NCBI RefSeq assembly: GCF_000400465.1
Contig: NW_008806287.1
Coordinates: 300,824-332,823, forward strand
From: Wallemia ichthyophaga EXF-994
Taxonomy: Eukaryota > Fungi > Basidiomycota
DNA: 32,000 bases
Direction of reading: 5' to 3'
Positions 1 through 11,785 of this stretch are shown piece after piece (position 1 is the stretch's first letter; each line of letters begins with the position of its first letter). The translations under genes and the position numbers were made by a program. The notes under the pieces were generated by a model. That model was not told where the DNA came from and ran no database searches. It worked only from the letters and a program-made list of their open reading frames with translations.

Positions 1-118
1 AGTCACCACGCGTCTTACGCAGAAACACGTCGCGCGCAAGATTGAAATAAGCGGCAGGAAGAGAAGCGGGAGTGGGAGTGCTGTTATCAATCGCAAAACA
101 TCCACACCGGAAATAAGT

Positions 119-2200
119 ATGATGAGAATGACGAGCTCGGATAAAGGCGAGGGTAAGAAGAAAATGACGCTCCCACATACCCGCACAAAGTCTATCAGCA
201 CACACACACATCCTAATCAATTATTACAGGGAGCGGAGAGTTTGTCGCTAGGTATTACAGACGGTCTCGCGCGGAATGGTTTTTCACAGAATGACCAGCC
301 CCAAAATATACCATCGCCTCATACACCTAAACATAATATACCCCCACCCAGTACGCCTACACAGAAAATCCTCGCACCCCACACAACATCTCCCCAGAAA
401 TCACCAGACGCACCACAAGCACCGCCGTCGTCGCCCGTGTGTGCACACACGCGTGGAAGCACCAATTTGAGCCCATCTGCTACAAATCTATCAACACTAC
501 CACCGTCAGCCATACCGCCGACGCCAACACCACCAAAAGACGCTGTCGAATCGACCTCGGAAGGTGTTTACTGGCCGCGCGAGCATATTATCAAGAACAT
601 CCACCGCTTTATGCGCTACTCCTCGGCAGCGTACGGCAAGTCATTTATGCGTATTCTTGGTATCGGCGGGGATGCGACAGCGGACCACACAGACACGTCT
701 GCGCACCAGCAACACATCAACCACCACGCATTTGCATACCACAATAACATACCTATCGACGCAATTCTTCTATCGTCTTACACTAATCCCTATGATAATT
801 TCAAGAAGGACAGCGGGAAGATCTACCCGCTGGTGCACTACATAGCGATTGACCACAGTGCGCAGTCGATTATCCTCACCTGTCGCGGCACGCTAGGGTT
901 CCAGGACATACTAGTTGATCTAACGTGCAACTATGCGCATCTGGACTTAGATGCAGGATCTTATGACAAAGACGGCTACTATGCGATACACGAGGGAATG
1001 TTAAGCAGTGCTTATCGACTAGCACACTCTCATACGGTGCTCTCTACAATTCGTAGGGCGCTACTCGAGTATCCCCGCTATGGGTTGGTGCTCTGCGGAC
1101 ACAGTCTAGGCGGTGGAGCTGCAGCTGCGCTAGCTTTGCTATGGGGCACGCGATCGGATGTGTTCGCAACGCAGGCACGCAATAGAGGTATGTCATTTAA
1201 TGTGAAAGCGTCGACCACTTTCGTCACGGGATTTAAATCACTCTTGCCGGAAGGTCGCTCGCTTAGCTGCTACACTTACGGCACACCATGCGTATCCACT
1301 CCTGACCTCACAGCATATGCGCGAGGTCTTATCATTAGCGTCGTCAATAATAAGGATATTGTCCCCACACTCTCACTCGGTTTGCTGCACGATATGCGCA
1401 AGATGGCTATCATGTTGCATGAGGAAGAGGGCAACATTACGGATGAGATTATTGGCCGCGTGCTCGGGTTCAGAGGAGAGAACGGCTTACAGAGTGGCGA
1501 AAGTAATCGGCGTCGGAGTGATTCAAACGGAATTGAGGGTGCGCGGGGTGGGAGTGGCGATGTAATTGAAACACACCGCACAGATACAAACAGATACAAA
1601 CACACTCACCCGACTGACAAAGTAGATGAGATGGCAGAGGACCTAGGTACGCCAGCCGACACACTACGCACGATAACACACCAAGATGCAAAGGTGGGGC
1701 ACACCTCCAACGCTATCCTTAAACCTGGTTACGTAGATCCAGCGCTAGTTGCAACGACGCCGCAAGCCGACCAGGAGCTCAGCGACTGGCTCTGGAGTTT
1801 GAAGACAACGATCGGAGCTGACATGGATGCGGTGAAGCTGTATCCGCCGGGCGAAGTGAGTTAGATGGAGCGTCTTTAGCGGATTGTGTAAATCGGCTGA
1901 CGATGATTGCAGGTGTTTGTCGTAGAGAGGTCCACGTGTCTAGTGACGCTGGAGTGTGGCGGGGGCGAGAACGGTGAGGAGGAGGGTGAAGGTGAGCTTG
2001 GTACGGAACAACACACCCACTCTCACTCTCACGCCTCGCCCCAATATAAACAGGAAGCTCATCGCGTTATTTTGAGATACTGCCAGGATGTGGAAAAGAG
2101 GTTCAACGAGCCGTTCTTTAGCAAAAGCATGTTCACGGATCATAGCCCCGTCGAGTATGAACGTGCGACGCAGCTCTTGTTTGATGGGATAGCGGGGTGA
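119..2200 (+). CDS. Lipase class 3 / diacylglycerol-lipase-like alpha/beta hydrolase with a long Pro/Ser/Thr-rich N-terminus; one intron (1856-1912)
   Basis: Nucleophile elbow CGHSLGG, RGTLGFQD and YTYGTP..S motifs. A GTGAGT...GCTGAC...TTGCAG intron joins YPPGE to VFVVER in frame with ORF 1907-2200. Confidence 0.85.
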
Positions 2201-2631
2201 TGAAGATGGTGATAGCGATCGCGATGGTAATGATGATAACGTTAGCGATAGTAATGATAGCGATAGTAATAAAACCTAACAACGATAACAACGATAAACA
2301 TAACAAAGATAATAATACCAGCAACGACATTAACACTCCAGCATAACTACAGCATTTCTCGAGCACTTCACACACTTGTAACATTAGGCAATAGCTTATA
2401 TATCAATCTTTTTATATTGTTTGCGTATTTTCTCAGTTACAAAGAAATAAATCTATGAGAGTAAAAATGAAGTATTAAAGGTGTAGTGAGTAGTACTATA
2501 GAAGAGGGTGGTTGGGGGCAGTAGTATCGAGGTTAAGTAAGGGGAGAAACTGCGCCAAATATAAAGTTAACGATGCCGAGAGGTGAGAAGGTTGTAAAGG
2601 TTGTGAAGAATCGAGACAGCAAACCACCCAC

Positions 2632-4276
2632 TCAAGCTATCGACTCACGCTTATTAAACTTAGCGACAAAGCCGTCTTTGGGGAAAATAGTGGCAATGAC
2701 TTCAACATTGTGAGATTGAGGAGTAACAATGTGTTCCCAGTCCATAAGGACGCTGGCAGACCCAATGAGAGCGGTCATATGCAAAACGGCGTATTCCTTC
2801 CCGAGGCAATGATGAGGACCATGTCCGAAAACGAGATAGTTAGCAGCAGCTTTTTCAGCATCGCTCGGATTACCATTAGCATCAGGAAGCCATCTTTCTG
2901 GCCTAAATGACTCAGGGTCGCCATACACTGCCGGATCATGAAGCGAGGGGTAGATACTAGGAATGAGCATAGTACCTTTAGGTACAGTGTAATCAGCGTT
3001 GATAGGGAAAGGTTTTTTAGTGAGATAAGGCACCATAATAACAGGAGGCTTGATACGAAGAGATTCCTTTATACAAGCGCGTGTATAAGTCATCTGGTCG
3101 ATCATATCGAGAGTAGTTGGTGAATCTACATCGCCACCACGGACACGATATTGCTCTTCACGTACCCGACCCAGTACCTCCGGATGATCAGCTAGTAATT
3201 GAAAGATGTAAACAACACCACTGGTCATGGCATCCTGAGAAGCGAATAGGAATGATAAGACAACCATAGCCATTTCGTTATCGGAGAATTCGCGCGCGCG
3301 TAACACTTTGCTTGAACCATCTGTATGAGCGTTGTTTTTAGCCTCGTGCATCGCCTTCGTCCAGTGGTCAAGCAAACACTCTGGCTCTGCATCATTGCTC
3401 ATGCGCTCCTTAGATTGAGCGGACGCATGCTCAAACCATTTAACAGCCACTTTGCGTGCTTTTATCGCTTTGTATACCTTAGTACCAGGCCAAGCGAAGG
3501 GGAAGTTGACCAGCTCGAGCGCGACGGTAATAAGCCAGTATTTGGCACTGATATCGTCTTGCGCATGCTGGGGAATGTATTCGCCACAAAAGACTTTTAA
3601 TGAGGTTTCCATGTTGAGATCGCGCATGGACATCATGTAGCTCTTGGGAGTGGCATCACGCGTCCACTTGTCAAAGTACTTGCGGTAGATGGACTCTTGA
3701 ATGGGGAGATAGCTGCTTAGTGCGCGGCGGGTGAATAATACGTTGAGGCCCTTGCGGTAGTCGGAATGCACCTTGCCGTTGAGGAAGACCCAGTTGTTAG
3801 GATCGAGAACCTTTTTGGCACTGGCTACGAGACACGGCTCGGCGTAGGAAGCGCTGCTGAATATTTTGCGACTGTACTCGTTCTTGGCAGCTTGGACGAT
3901 GAAGCTAGAGAGTGTGGATGTTAGACGGGGGGCGATACAATGAACTAGATAAACCAGACTAACATATTGAAAACAGAGACTGCAGATAAATCACCCAGCT
4001 TCCATCCAGACATGTAGTTCTCCAGACTAGGATTTAAACTGTCGGCGAAACGACCAATAATGGGAATAGACCAACTGGGACCCTGTAAAGGAGGTTAGCG
4101 GATATATCAACAAATTAGCACTCAAAACACACGGGCAAATGACCCTTTTTGTACTTGTAAATGGCCTGCTCGAGGATGAGCAGCGAGGCAGCAACGGCGA
4201 GAATGGCAGTAAGGAGAGGCTGGCTAGTGCGCTCAACGGGTTGAGCGTCGGTATAATAGCTTTGCGTTGAGTTCAT
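2632..4276 (-). CDS. ERG5: Cytochrome P450 CYP61, sterol C-22 desaturase; introns 4083-4132 and 3905-3963
   Basis: FLFASQDAMTS I-helix, ESLR (ExxR), FRPERW and heme motif FGHGPHHCLG. Spliced N-terminus reads MNSTQSYY...LLILEQAIYKYKKGHLP|GPSWSIPIIGRF, ATG at 4276. Confidence 0.93.
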
Positions 4277-4780
4277 CCGTCGTTGTTGATGATATCGTTG
4301 TCGTTGTCGTTGTTGGTGAGTAAGATCGGATGAAATCAGGCCATTTCGGTTATGATGAAAATGGCGTTGAGAGTGTTTGTGGGAGTGCGCATGTGTGTGT
4401 AGTTTGTGTATGTGTGTGTCTTTATATACTCTGCTCTTACCAATATAACCAGCTAAAATTGTAGTAATGTCTTGGCTTACATAAAAATAACGCCAAAAAT
4501 TACGTGAAAATGATGAACATGTGTGTATATTTGAGTGTATTAGGTTTATTCAAAATGAAAATACCTCAATTTGATTAAGAATTTAATGGTGAAAGTTGGC
4601 ATATATTTTGATTACATGTGTGCAGGTGTGCATGTGTGCAGTTGTACATGTGAGCATACAAGATAGCTTGAATGTAAGCATAAGAATAGGAATAAACAGG
4701 TATAATAAAACAAATCAACGTATTCGCGAAGATGGGAGAGATGGAGAGATGGATGGATGGATGGATGTTGTCAGGAACTT

Positions 4781-5512
4781 CTAAAGGATAGTACATCTTC
4801 GTCTACGTTGATTTCTTCTATAGGGCTGAGCAGGATGTTGATTAGTAGTACCATTGACACTTTGTCTCTGCCGCCTAATCTCTCTGACGACGTGAAAGAA
4901 AGCTCTTTCAACATTAACGCAAGTTTTAGCAGAAGTTTCAATCATGGAGCATTGTAACTTCTTTGCCATGAGTTGAGCCTCTGATAGACTAACTTCACGC
5001 TCATAAACCTTGTCACACTTATTTCCAACAAGCATCAGTGGTATGTCATCACTCTCCTTAACACGAGTGATAAGATTACGGAATTTATCGATTCTATCGA
5101 AAGTGGAACGTGAAGCAATTGAGTAGACGAGTAAGAAACCTTCGCCTTCTCTAATCCATTGATCGCGTAGAGCAGTATACTCCTCTTGACCGGCTGTATC
5201 AAGAACTTCAAGTAAAGCAGGGCTATCATCTAAAACAACTTGCTTTCTGTAGCTGTCTTCGATGGTTGGATCGTAGGTTTCAACGAAGGAGTTCATGCAG
5301 AACTGGAACAAATTTAATTGGTGAATTAGAAAGTGCGCTTACTCACCTGTACAGTCAGCGCAGTTTTACCAACACCACCATCACCCAATACACTAAGTTT
5401 ACTGAGATGTGTTAGTAGTGGGCGGGCTCAAAACACTTCAACTAACTAAGGCGTGGCTTTTGACTGGTGTATTTGTTAATAGATGTAGATTACATTTAAA
5501 CATACTAACCAT
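4781..5512 (-). CDS. RAS2: Ras-family GTPase (fungal Ras2/RasB type); ATG-only first exon, 17-nt second exon, polybasic tail and CAAX (CTIL)
   Basis: Spliced M|SKATPY|KLSVLGDGGVGKTALTVQ|FCMNSFVETYDPTIEDSYRK; DTAGQEEYTALRDQWIR; NKCD; ETSAK. Confidence 0.9.
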
Positions 5513-5742
5513 TTTCTGTGTGTTTGTATGTGTTAAGAGAGTAGCATCTTACACACAGAGCAAACCAACTAAAATTTAAATTTGAAAATAAAAAACACCA
5601 ATATGATCATATATACTGTATATTTAACAATATGAATTTATAAATCCGTTTAAATTACTCATTTTATATTTATATTTGAATAACTGAGCTGGCTTTTAGC
5701 TCGCGACGCAGCTCCTTTAGCTAAACCAAATTAAGTGTAATT

Positions 5743-6334
<592 letters not shown>

Positions 6335-6452
6335 TCCCCCTCTTTTCTTTTGATTATTTCATCATATCCTGGTATTTTCGGTGTGTTTTGTGTCTCGTGT
6401 ATCCCATGTGTTCCGCGTGTACCTCCCTACAAACCCCTCTTGATCCCCAACC

Positions 6453-8794
6453 ATGAAGACCTTTTCAAGAGAACAAGTTGCAAACGTGAGATAATCGTCA
6501 ATCACCTGTTTACCCCACTCACACTCCCACACAGCACAATTCCAAAGGAGATTGTTAGCCTGGCTTATAACCGGTAATACCCTTTCTCACGCTCTGTATT
6601 CAGTGTGGATCGTTATCGACAGCACCGTGTGTCCATCTCTTGCCATCTCCTAATATCTCCAATTCCCTTAGATCTACGACGTTTCCAAGTGGGCTGCATC
6701 TCACACGCCACCTACTCACCCACTCACTCCCGTACAGATTCATCAACATCCATCCAGGCGGCGCTTCCGTCTTCTTCGACGACGATATCGCTGGCCAAGA
6801 CGCTACTGAGCAATTTTTCAACCTCCATCGGTTCGTTCTCTTTGATTGTTATCTCACCCTCACCGTACCCAACCAGCCTCGATGTCCTCGAAAAACCTCA
6901 GTACAAGCGCCTTATCATTGGCCAAATTGAGAATGAGAAACCTGTTATTAAGTTCCCTCAACCAGGTGATCTTTCCGAGGGTGTGTCATGTGTCTTGGTG
7001 TTTCACATTCCATAACTCTTTTTACAGTACCATACGGCGAGCCAAGCTGGCTATCGCAAGCATATCACTCTCCATACTACAAGGAGGTGTGTCTGATTTC
7101 TACTAATCATATCACTTCACTCACCACCTTAACAGTCCCATAAAGCTCTGCAGAACTGGATGAGAAAGTTCGTAGACACTGTCATCACCCCTGACGCTCT
7201 TGCACGCGAAAAGGATGGCAAACGATGCTCTGATGGTGTTGTCGAGAAAATGGCGTGAGTTGGAAATTTTTCACGAAGTACTCCCTCACTTTTCACCATG
7301 CAGTCAATACGAAATCAATGCCATGCGTCTCGGCCCAGGTAAGCATCTTCACGGCCGCACCCTCGCAGAAGGCATCGTAAAGCCAGAGGAATTTGACTAT
7401 CTCCATGAACTTGTCATCAACCAGGAACTCGTCCGTCACGGCCAGCGTGGATATGGCGATGGTTTGCTCGCTGGTATGGTTATCGGTCTCCCACCTGTCC
7501 TCAATTTTGGAAGCGATGAGTTGAAGGCGTGAGTATCAGTTGAGCGGCAATAATCACGCACCCCTCACATATACTCCAGCCGCATTATCCCTCAGGTTCT
7601 CTCCGGCGAAAAGGTAAGACACGCCCCATTATTATATCATGTCTCACATCAACGTGATCAGTTCATCTCACTCGCCATCAGTGAGGCTTTCGCAGGCTCT
7701 GATGTCGCAAACCTGCGTACGACAGCAGTCAAATCTCAAGATGGCAAACATTGGATCATAAACGGTACCAAGAAGTGGATCACAAATGGCACCTTCTCCG
7801 ACTACTTCAGCGTAGGCTGCAAGACGGAGGGAGGTCTAACAATGATCCTCGTAGAGCGCACTGAGGGTGTATCTACGGAGCAAATTAAGACATCGTACTC
7901 TACTACCGCCGGAACAGCGTACATTACATTCGATGGTGAGGGTGGTGTTTTTGAGTGAATAACATAGAGCCCACTAAAACACTCAATAGATGTCAAAGTC
8001 CCTGTCGAAAACACTCTTGGTCCTGAAGACGGTGGGCTGCTCGTTATACTCTCCAATTTCAACCATGAGCGTTTTGTAATGGCGACTGCGTCGACGCGTT
8101 CGATCCGGTTCGTTGTTGAGGAGTGTTTCAAATGGGCCAACCAGCGTAAGGTGTTTGGCAAGACTCTCCTCGGCCAGCCAGTCATCCGCTACAAATTAGC
8201 AGGCATGGTCGCCAAAGCTGAATCCTTGCAAGCTTGGCTTGAGTATGTGGGCTATCAGATGACCAAGGTGGGTGGGGTTTGTTAATGTTGCTACTTTCGC
8301 TCATTAAACACCTCCTTATCGGCGCAGATGACGTACAAGGAGCAGTCGAAGCACCTCGCCGGTCCAATCGCGCTGCTCAAGATGCAGTGCACAAGGGTCG
8401 AGAATAGTGTTGCTGACGATGCTGTACAAGTGGGTTTGTCGGTGTCCGATGACCCAACCGTCTCACTCCCTCGCAGATCTTCGGCGGCAGAGCTATCACG
8501 CAGACAGGCATGGGACGCAATATTGAGATGTTCAACCGCACCTATAAATTTAACAGTGAGTGTGTACTCTATTAATAGCACCACACAATTAACAACACCC
8601 TTCCAGGCTTACTCGGTGGTTCTGAGGGTGAGAAGGAGTATTTACACACGCGCGATGCTGACGCGAGACAGAAATTTTGGGTGATCTTGGTATACGCCAG
8701 GCTATGAGACAGGTGCGTGTGCAGCAGTATCTTTCATGTCACTCATCTCACATCACTAATATCGCTACAGATGCCAAAGAGCGCACGTCTCTAG
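6453..8794 (+). CDS. Acyl-CoA dehydrogenase with N-terminal cytochrome b5-like heme-binding domain; ~16 introns
   Basis: Spliced MKTFSREQVAN|HNSKGDL|WIVIDST|IYDVSK|FINIHPGG (b5 HPGG). ACAD motifs LAISEAFAGSDV, INGTKKWITNG, FNHERF, QIFGGR and LGGSEEILGDLGIRQ; ends MPKSARL*. Confidence 0.88.
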
Positions 8795-9230
8795 CACCCC
8801 AGCACGCTAAACAATCTTGTATGTATAACTAATGATGATTGATACCTCGAGAAATATGAAGTTTTCAACTTTTGGATTGGTAAGACTGTAACTGATATTG
8901 AGGAGGAATGAATAGATAGAAATAGAAATAGAAATAAGGGATGATCATGTTACAAGGGAAGAAAATATTTTGCATCCCCTATAGCAAGACAAATCTGGGT
9001 TTTAGATATGTCGCACCCGCTCTGTTTGCACTCGTATGAGGTATTCCAAAAATCAGGAACGCACGTGAATTTTCAGCGGACAGTGCAGTCTGGAATTCTT
9101 CAGACCGAATTGCAGCTTTTTGATCAACCATCGTTTTCGAAGTAAAAGCAGGCTTTTAGCGAAGACATTCATCAAGTACCGACAACCTACACACATACAG
9201 ACAGACACGTATAAACACACTCATTTAGAA

Positions 9231-10121
9231 ATGCTATCAAAACTCGCACTCGCTTCTCTCGCCGCTTACGCTAGCGCACACGGTATAGTGTCGCAGGTAA
9301 TGGTCGGTGGCCAGTGGTACAACGGAGCCAATTACGGCTCAACAAATGACAACTCCCCTGTACGCGGATTCCCTTACGACGGAGGGTATGTGCCATACTA
9401 CAACGTGAACACAGATGACATCGTTTGCGGTGCGAATGGCCACGGTTCTGTACCAGTAACAGCAACTGTCAATGCCGGCGACGACGTGAAGCTCCGCTGG
9501 CACGGTGACCGTGGTCCAACTGGGGACTACTGGGGCCACTACGAGGGTTCTGTAATGGACTACCTGATGCGCTGCGACGGTGATTGCAGCAACTTCCAGA
9601 CAAGCTACGGCAATGCGCGCGTGTACAAGATCTGGGAAGCTGGTCTCGACACATCTCAGCCACGCCCTGACCAAGGTTTCTGGCCATCTCGTCCTCAAGG
9701 TGATGGTTTGTGGGCAATGGATGACATGTCTCGTAACTGGGGATCATGGCACACAGTAACCATCCCAGCCACAACCGCACCAGGCCAGTACATGCTGCGT
9801 CACGAGCTTCTCGCTCTCCAGGCCGCATCGAACCTTGCAGGCACAGCTGAGACTCCAATCGGTGGTCCACAATACTACCCTGCTTGTGTCCAGCTCAATG
9901 TCGTCAACAATTCCGGCAACGTTGTCTACCCACCTGAAACTCCAGTCAGGGAAATCTACAGCACTGGTGACGCTCAGGTCAACATTTACACTCCTGCTCC
10001 TAACGGTATCGAACATTTCGATATCCCTGGTCCAAATGTTGTCAACACCTCCCCTTACAAGCGCTCCGCTCGTCGTGCTGATCGCCACGCACGTCGTGAG
10101 GCTTTCGGTAAGACTCACTAA
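9231..10121 (+). CDS. Secreted AA9 (GH61) lytic polysaccharide monooxygenase
   Basis: 16-aa signal peptide then His1 (HGIV, 9279), DIVCG, second brace His in WGHYEG (9537), GQYMLRHE, and PQYYPACVQL with the axial Tyr. The true start is the ATG at 9231, not the TTG at 9120. Confidence 0.9.
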   Translation: MLSKLALASLAAYASAHGIVSQVMVGGQWYNGANYGSTNDNSPVRGFPYDGGYVPYYNVNTDDIVCGANGHGSVPVTATVNAGDDVKLRWHGDRGPTGDYWGHYEGSVMDYLMRCDGDCSNFQTSYGNARVYKIWEAGLDTSQPRPDQGFWPSRPQGDGLWAMDDMSRNWGSWHTVTIPATTAPGQYMLRHELLALQAASNLAGTAETPIGGPQYYPACVQLNVVNNSGNVVYPPETPVREIYSTGDAQVNIYTPAPNGIEHFDIPGPNVVNTSPYKRSARRADRHARREAFGKTH

Positions 10122-10394
10122 GCGGTGTGCACAATGTGCATTCACCGGCGCTCTACCAGTAAATATCAGTGGGAACATTTATTGGTATACTTATTTATAT
10201 TTCACTTGATCTTTCTTTGTTCTTCTCTGACGTCTGAACTGGTTTCAGCGTCTTTGTCTTATTGTTTTCTATACATTCGTTTCGCGTCGGTCACTGTATA
10301 TGTGCACGAGTGTTAACAACAAAATATCCATGCTTAATATAATGCGAATACAATAATGCGTATATAAAATGCGCCCAACACGCATGCTACCATG

Positions 10395-11693
10395 CTACGC
10401 GGACAGACGCTCCAACACCTCCTCGATGGCGTCAACAGCGCGTGTAAGGATAATTACCTGGTTTGTCAGCAGCGACTGCAGCATGACGAGCACACTCTCT
10501 CTAACAGTGTCTCTGTTAGCGAGGAGTGTCTTGAGGGTCTGCGACGTGCTCATAGCCTTATTCTCGAGCATGTGAAAGAGTGCAGCGTGGAGATCGAACT
10601 CGATGTCCTGGTTAGTAGAGGGGGAGTCATCGAGAGTTTGCAGGCTGCATGCGCCTTCGTCGCTGATGTTCTCATCAGCCAGTGAGCGCATCAAGAAGCG
10701 CAATCCCACTGGCATGTTCTGCGTAAGTGAGAGGTTGAATGTGCATAGTGAGCCGTCTTCAAGCAATAGATTCCACTTGCGTAAAAGGTCTTGCTTGCGC
10801 TGCGAGAAATCCATACCGGCACCGGCACCTACCTTGAATGGAACTATGTCGTACTCAAGGTTGTCAACAGCGAAGCCATAAGCTAGAAGGAGCTCATTGG
10901 TTGCTTTGGCCCCGTAGTTGTTGAATACCTCGCTACCCTCTAAGGCACCGTGCGGCAGACTGATGGCTATTTTGGAAGTGCGTGTATAGATACTATCCTT
11001 CCACACCACTGCCGACATGGGCTTGTGGTTGCCTATGTCCCACAGAGGGACGAGCATCGGTGTGCTACTGCCACTCGTATTATCACTGCTACTCATGCTC
11101 GTGTCTGCATTTCTGCTCCCACTCCCGCTTATCAGTTTCGAGGGGAAGGAGCGTGAGGAGAGCATAGTGAGAGAGTGCTTGAAGACATCGTACGAAAATG
11201 ACGCTAAACCATTAGATGCCAGCCAATCGGTAACGACGACGTAATCCCTTTGCCATTGCAACTCTCGCTCCCGCGTTGTGTTGTACAGACTCGTCGGCTG
11301 CGTGTACTCGAGCTCGGTGGGTGTCCAGTAGAGAGTCGTCAGCGTGCTTCCTATTGGCTGAAGCATAGCGACGTATGCGCGGTGCTTCAGTGCTCTTTGC
11401 AGCGAGTCGGGTTGGTTGTCGTAGTTGTAGTGCAGCGCTAGGTATACGACTACGAGGATATCCTCTCTTAGTGGCGTGTAGCTCAAGGCGTGGAACAGCT
11501 TCCTGCAGGAATCACGCGTTATGCACACACCCTCTGTCACACTGACTATCTCTGTCTCCTGCGCTATGTCTTTCTTCGCTATCCAACTGTAGCCAGATTG
11601 GGGAGAGTACGCAATGTCCATGTCGTCGTGTAGTTCACAGCCATTCTCCTTGAGCCAAGCTTTGAAGTTGTGGATGGTGGTAGTACGAGACAT
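10395..11693 (-). CDS. SET-domain protein lysine methyltransferase (Efm1/Rkm/SETD3-like family)
   Basis: FKAWLKENG, SSRSFP, LVPLWDIGNH and EVFNNYGAKATNELLLAYGF motifs; intronless 432-aa ORF. Confidence 0.85.
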   Translation of the reverse strand: MSRTTTIHNFKAWLKENGCELHDDMDIAYSPQSGYSWIAKKDIAQETEIVSVTEGVCITRDSCRKLFHALSYTPLREDILVVVYLALHYNYDNQPDSLQRALKHRAYVAMLQPIGSTLTTLYWTPTELEYTQPTSLYNTTRERELQWQRDYVVVTDWLASNGLASFSYDVFKHSLTMLSSRSFPSKLISGSGSRNADTSMSSSDNTSGSSTPMLVPLWDIGNHKPMSAVVWKDSIYTRTSKIAISLPHGALEGSEVFNNYGAKATNELLLAYGFAVDNLEYDIVPFKVGAGAGMDFSQRKQDLLRKWNLLLEDGSLCTFNLSLTQNMPVGLRFLMRSLADENISDEGACSLQTLDDSPSTNQDIEFDLHAALFHMLENKAMSTSQTLKTLLANRDTVRESVLVMLQSLLTNQVIILTRAVDAIEEVLERLSA

Positions 11694-11785
11694 ACTCGAA
11701 ACAAGCCATCGTGGGCGGGAAAGAGCGAAGAAAATGTCTATAGAATGAAGACGTACAAGATTCTAGTGCCTTTGTTTAACTTGAT

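Noticed and set aside
4600-4770. TG-rich and (GGAT)n simple repeats with short ORFs between ERG5 and Ras
   Set aside because: Ordinary low-complexity UTR/intergenic microsatellites.
9120-9230. N-terminal extension of the AA9 ORF from the TTG at 9120
   Set aside because: The ATG at 9231 gives a clean signal peptide ending exactly before His1, as LPMOs require.
9339-10209. Several 119-144 aa antisense and alternative-frame ORFs over AA9, and similar short ORFs over other genes
   Set aside because: Shadow ORFs arising from the codon bias of real genes; no recognisable domains.
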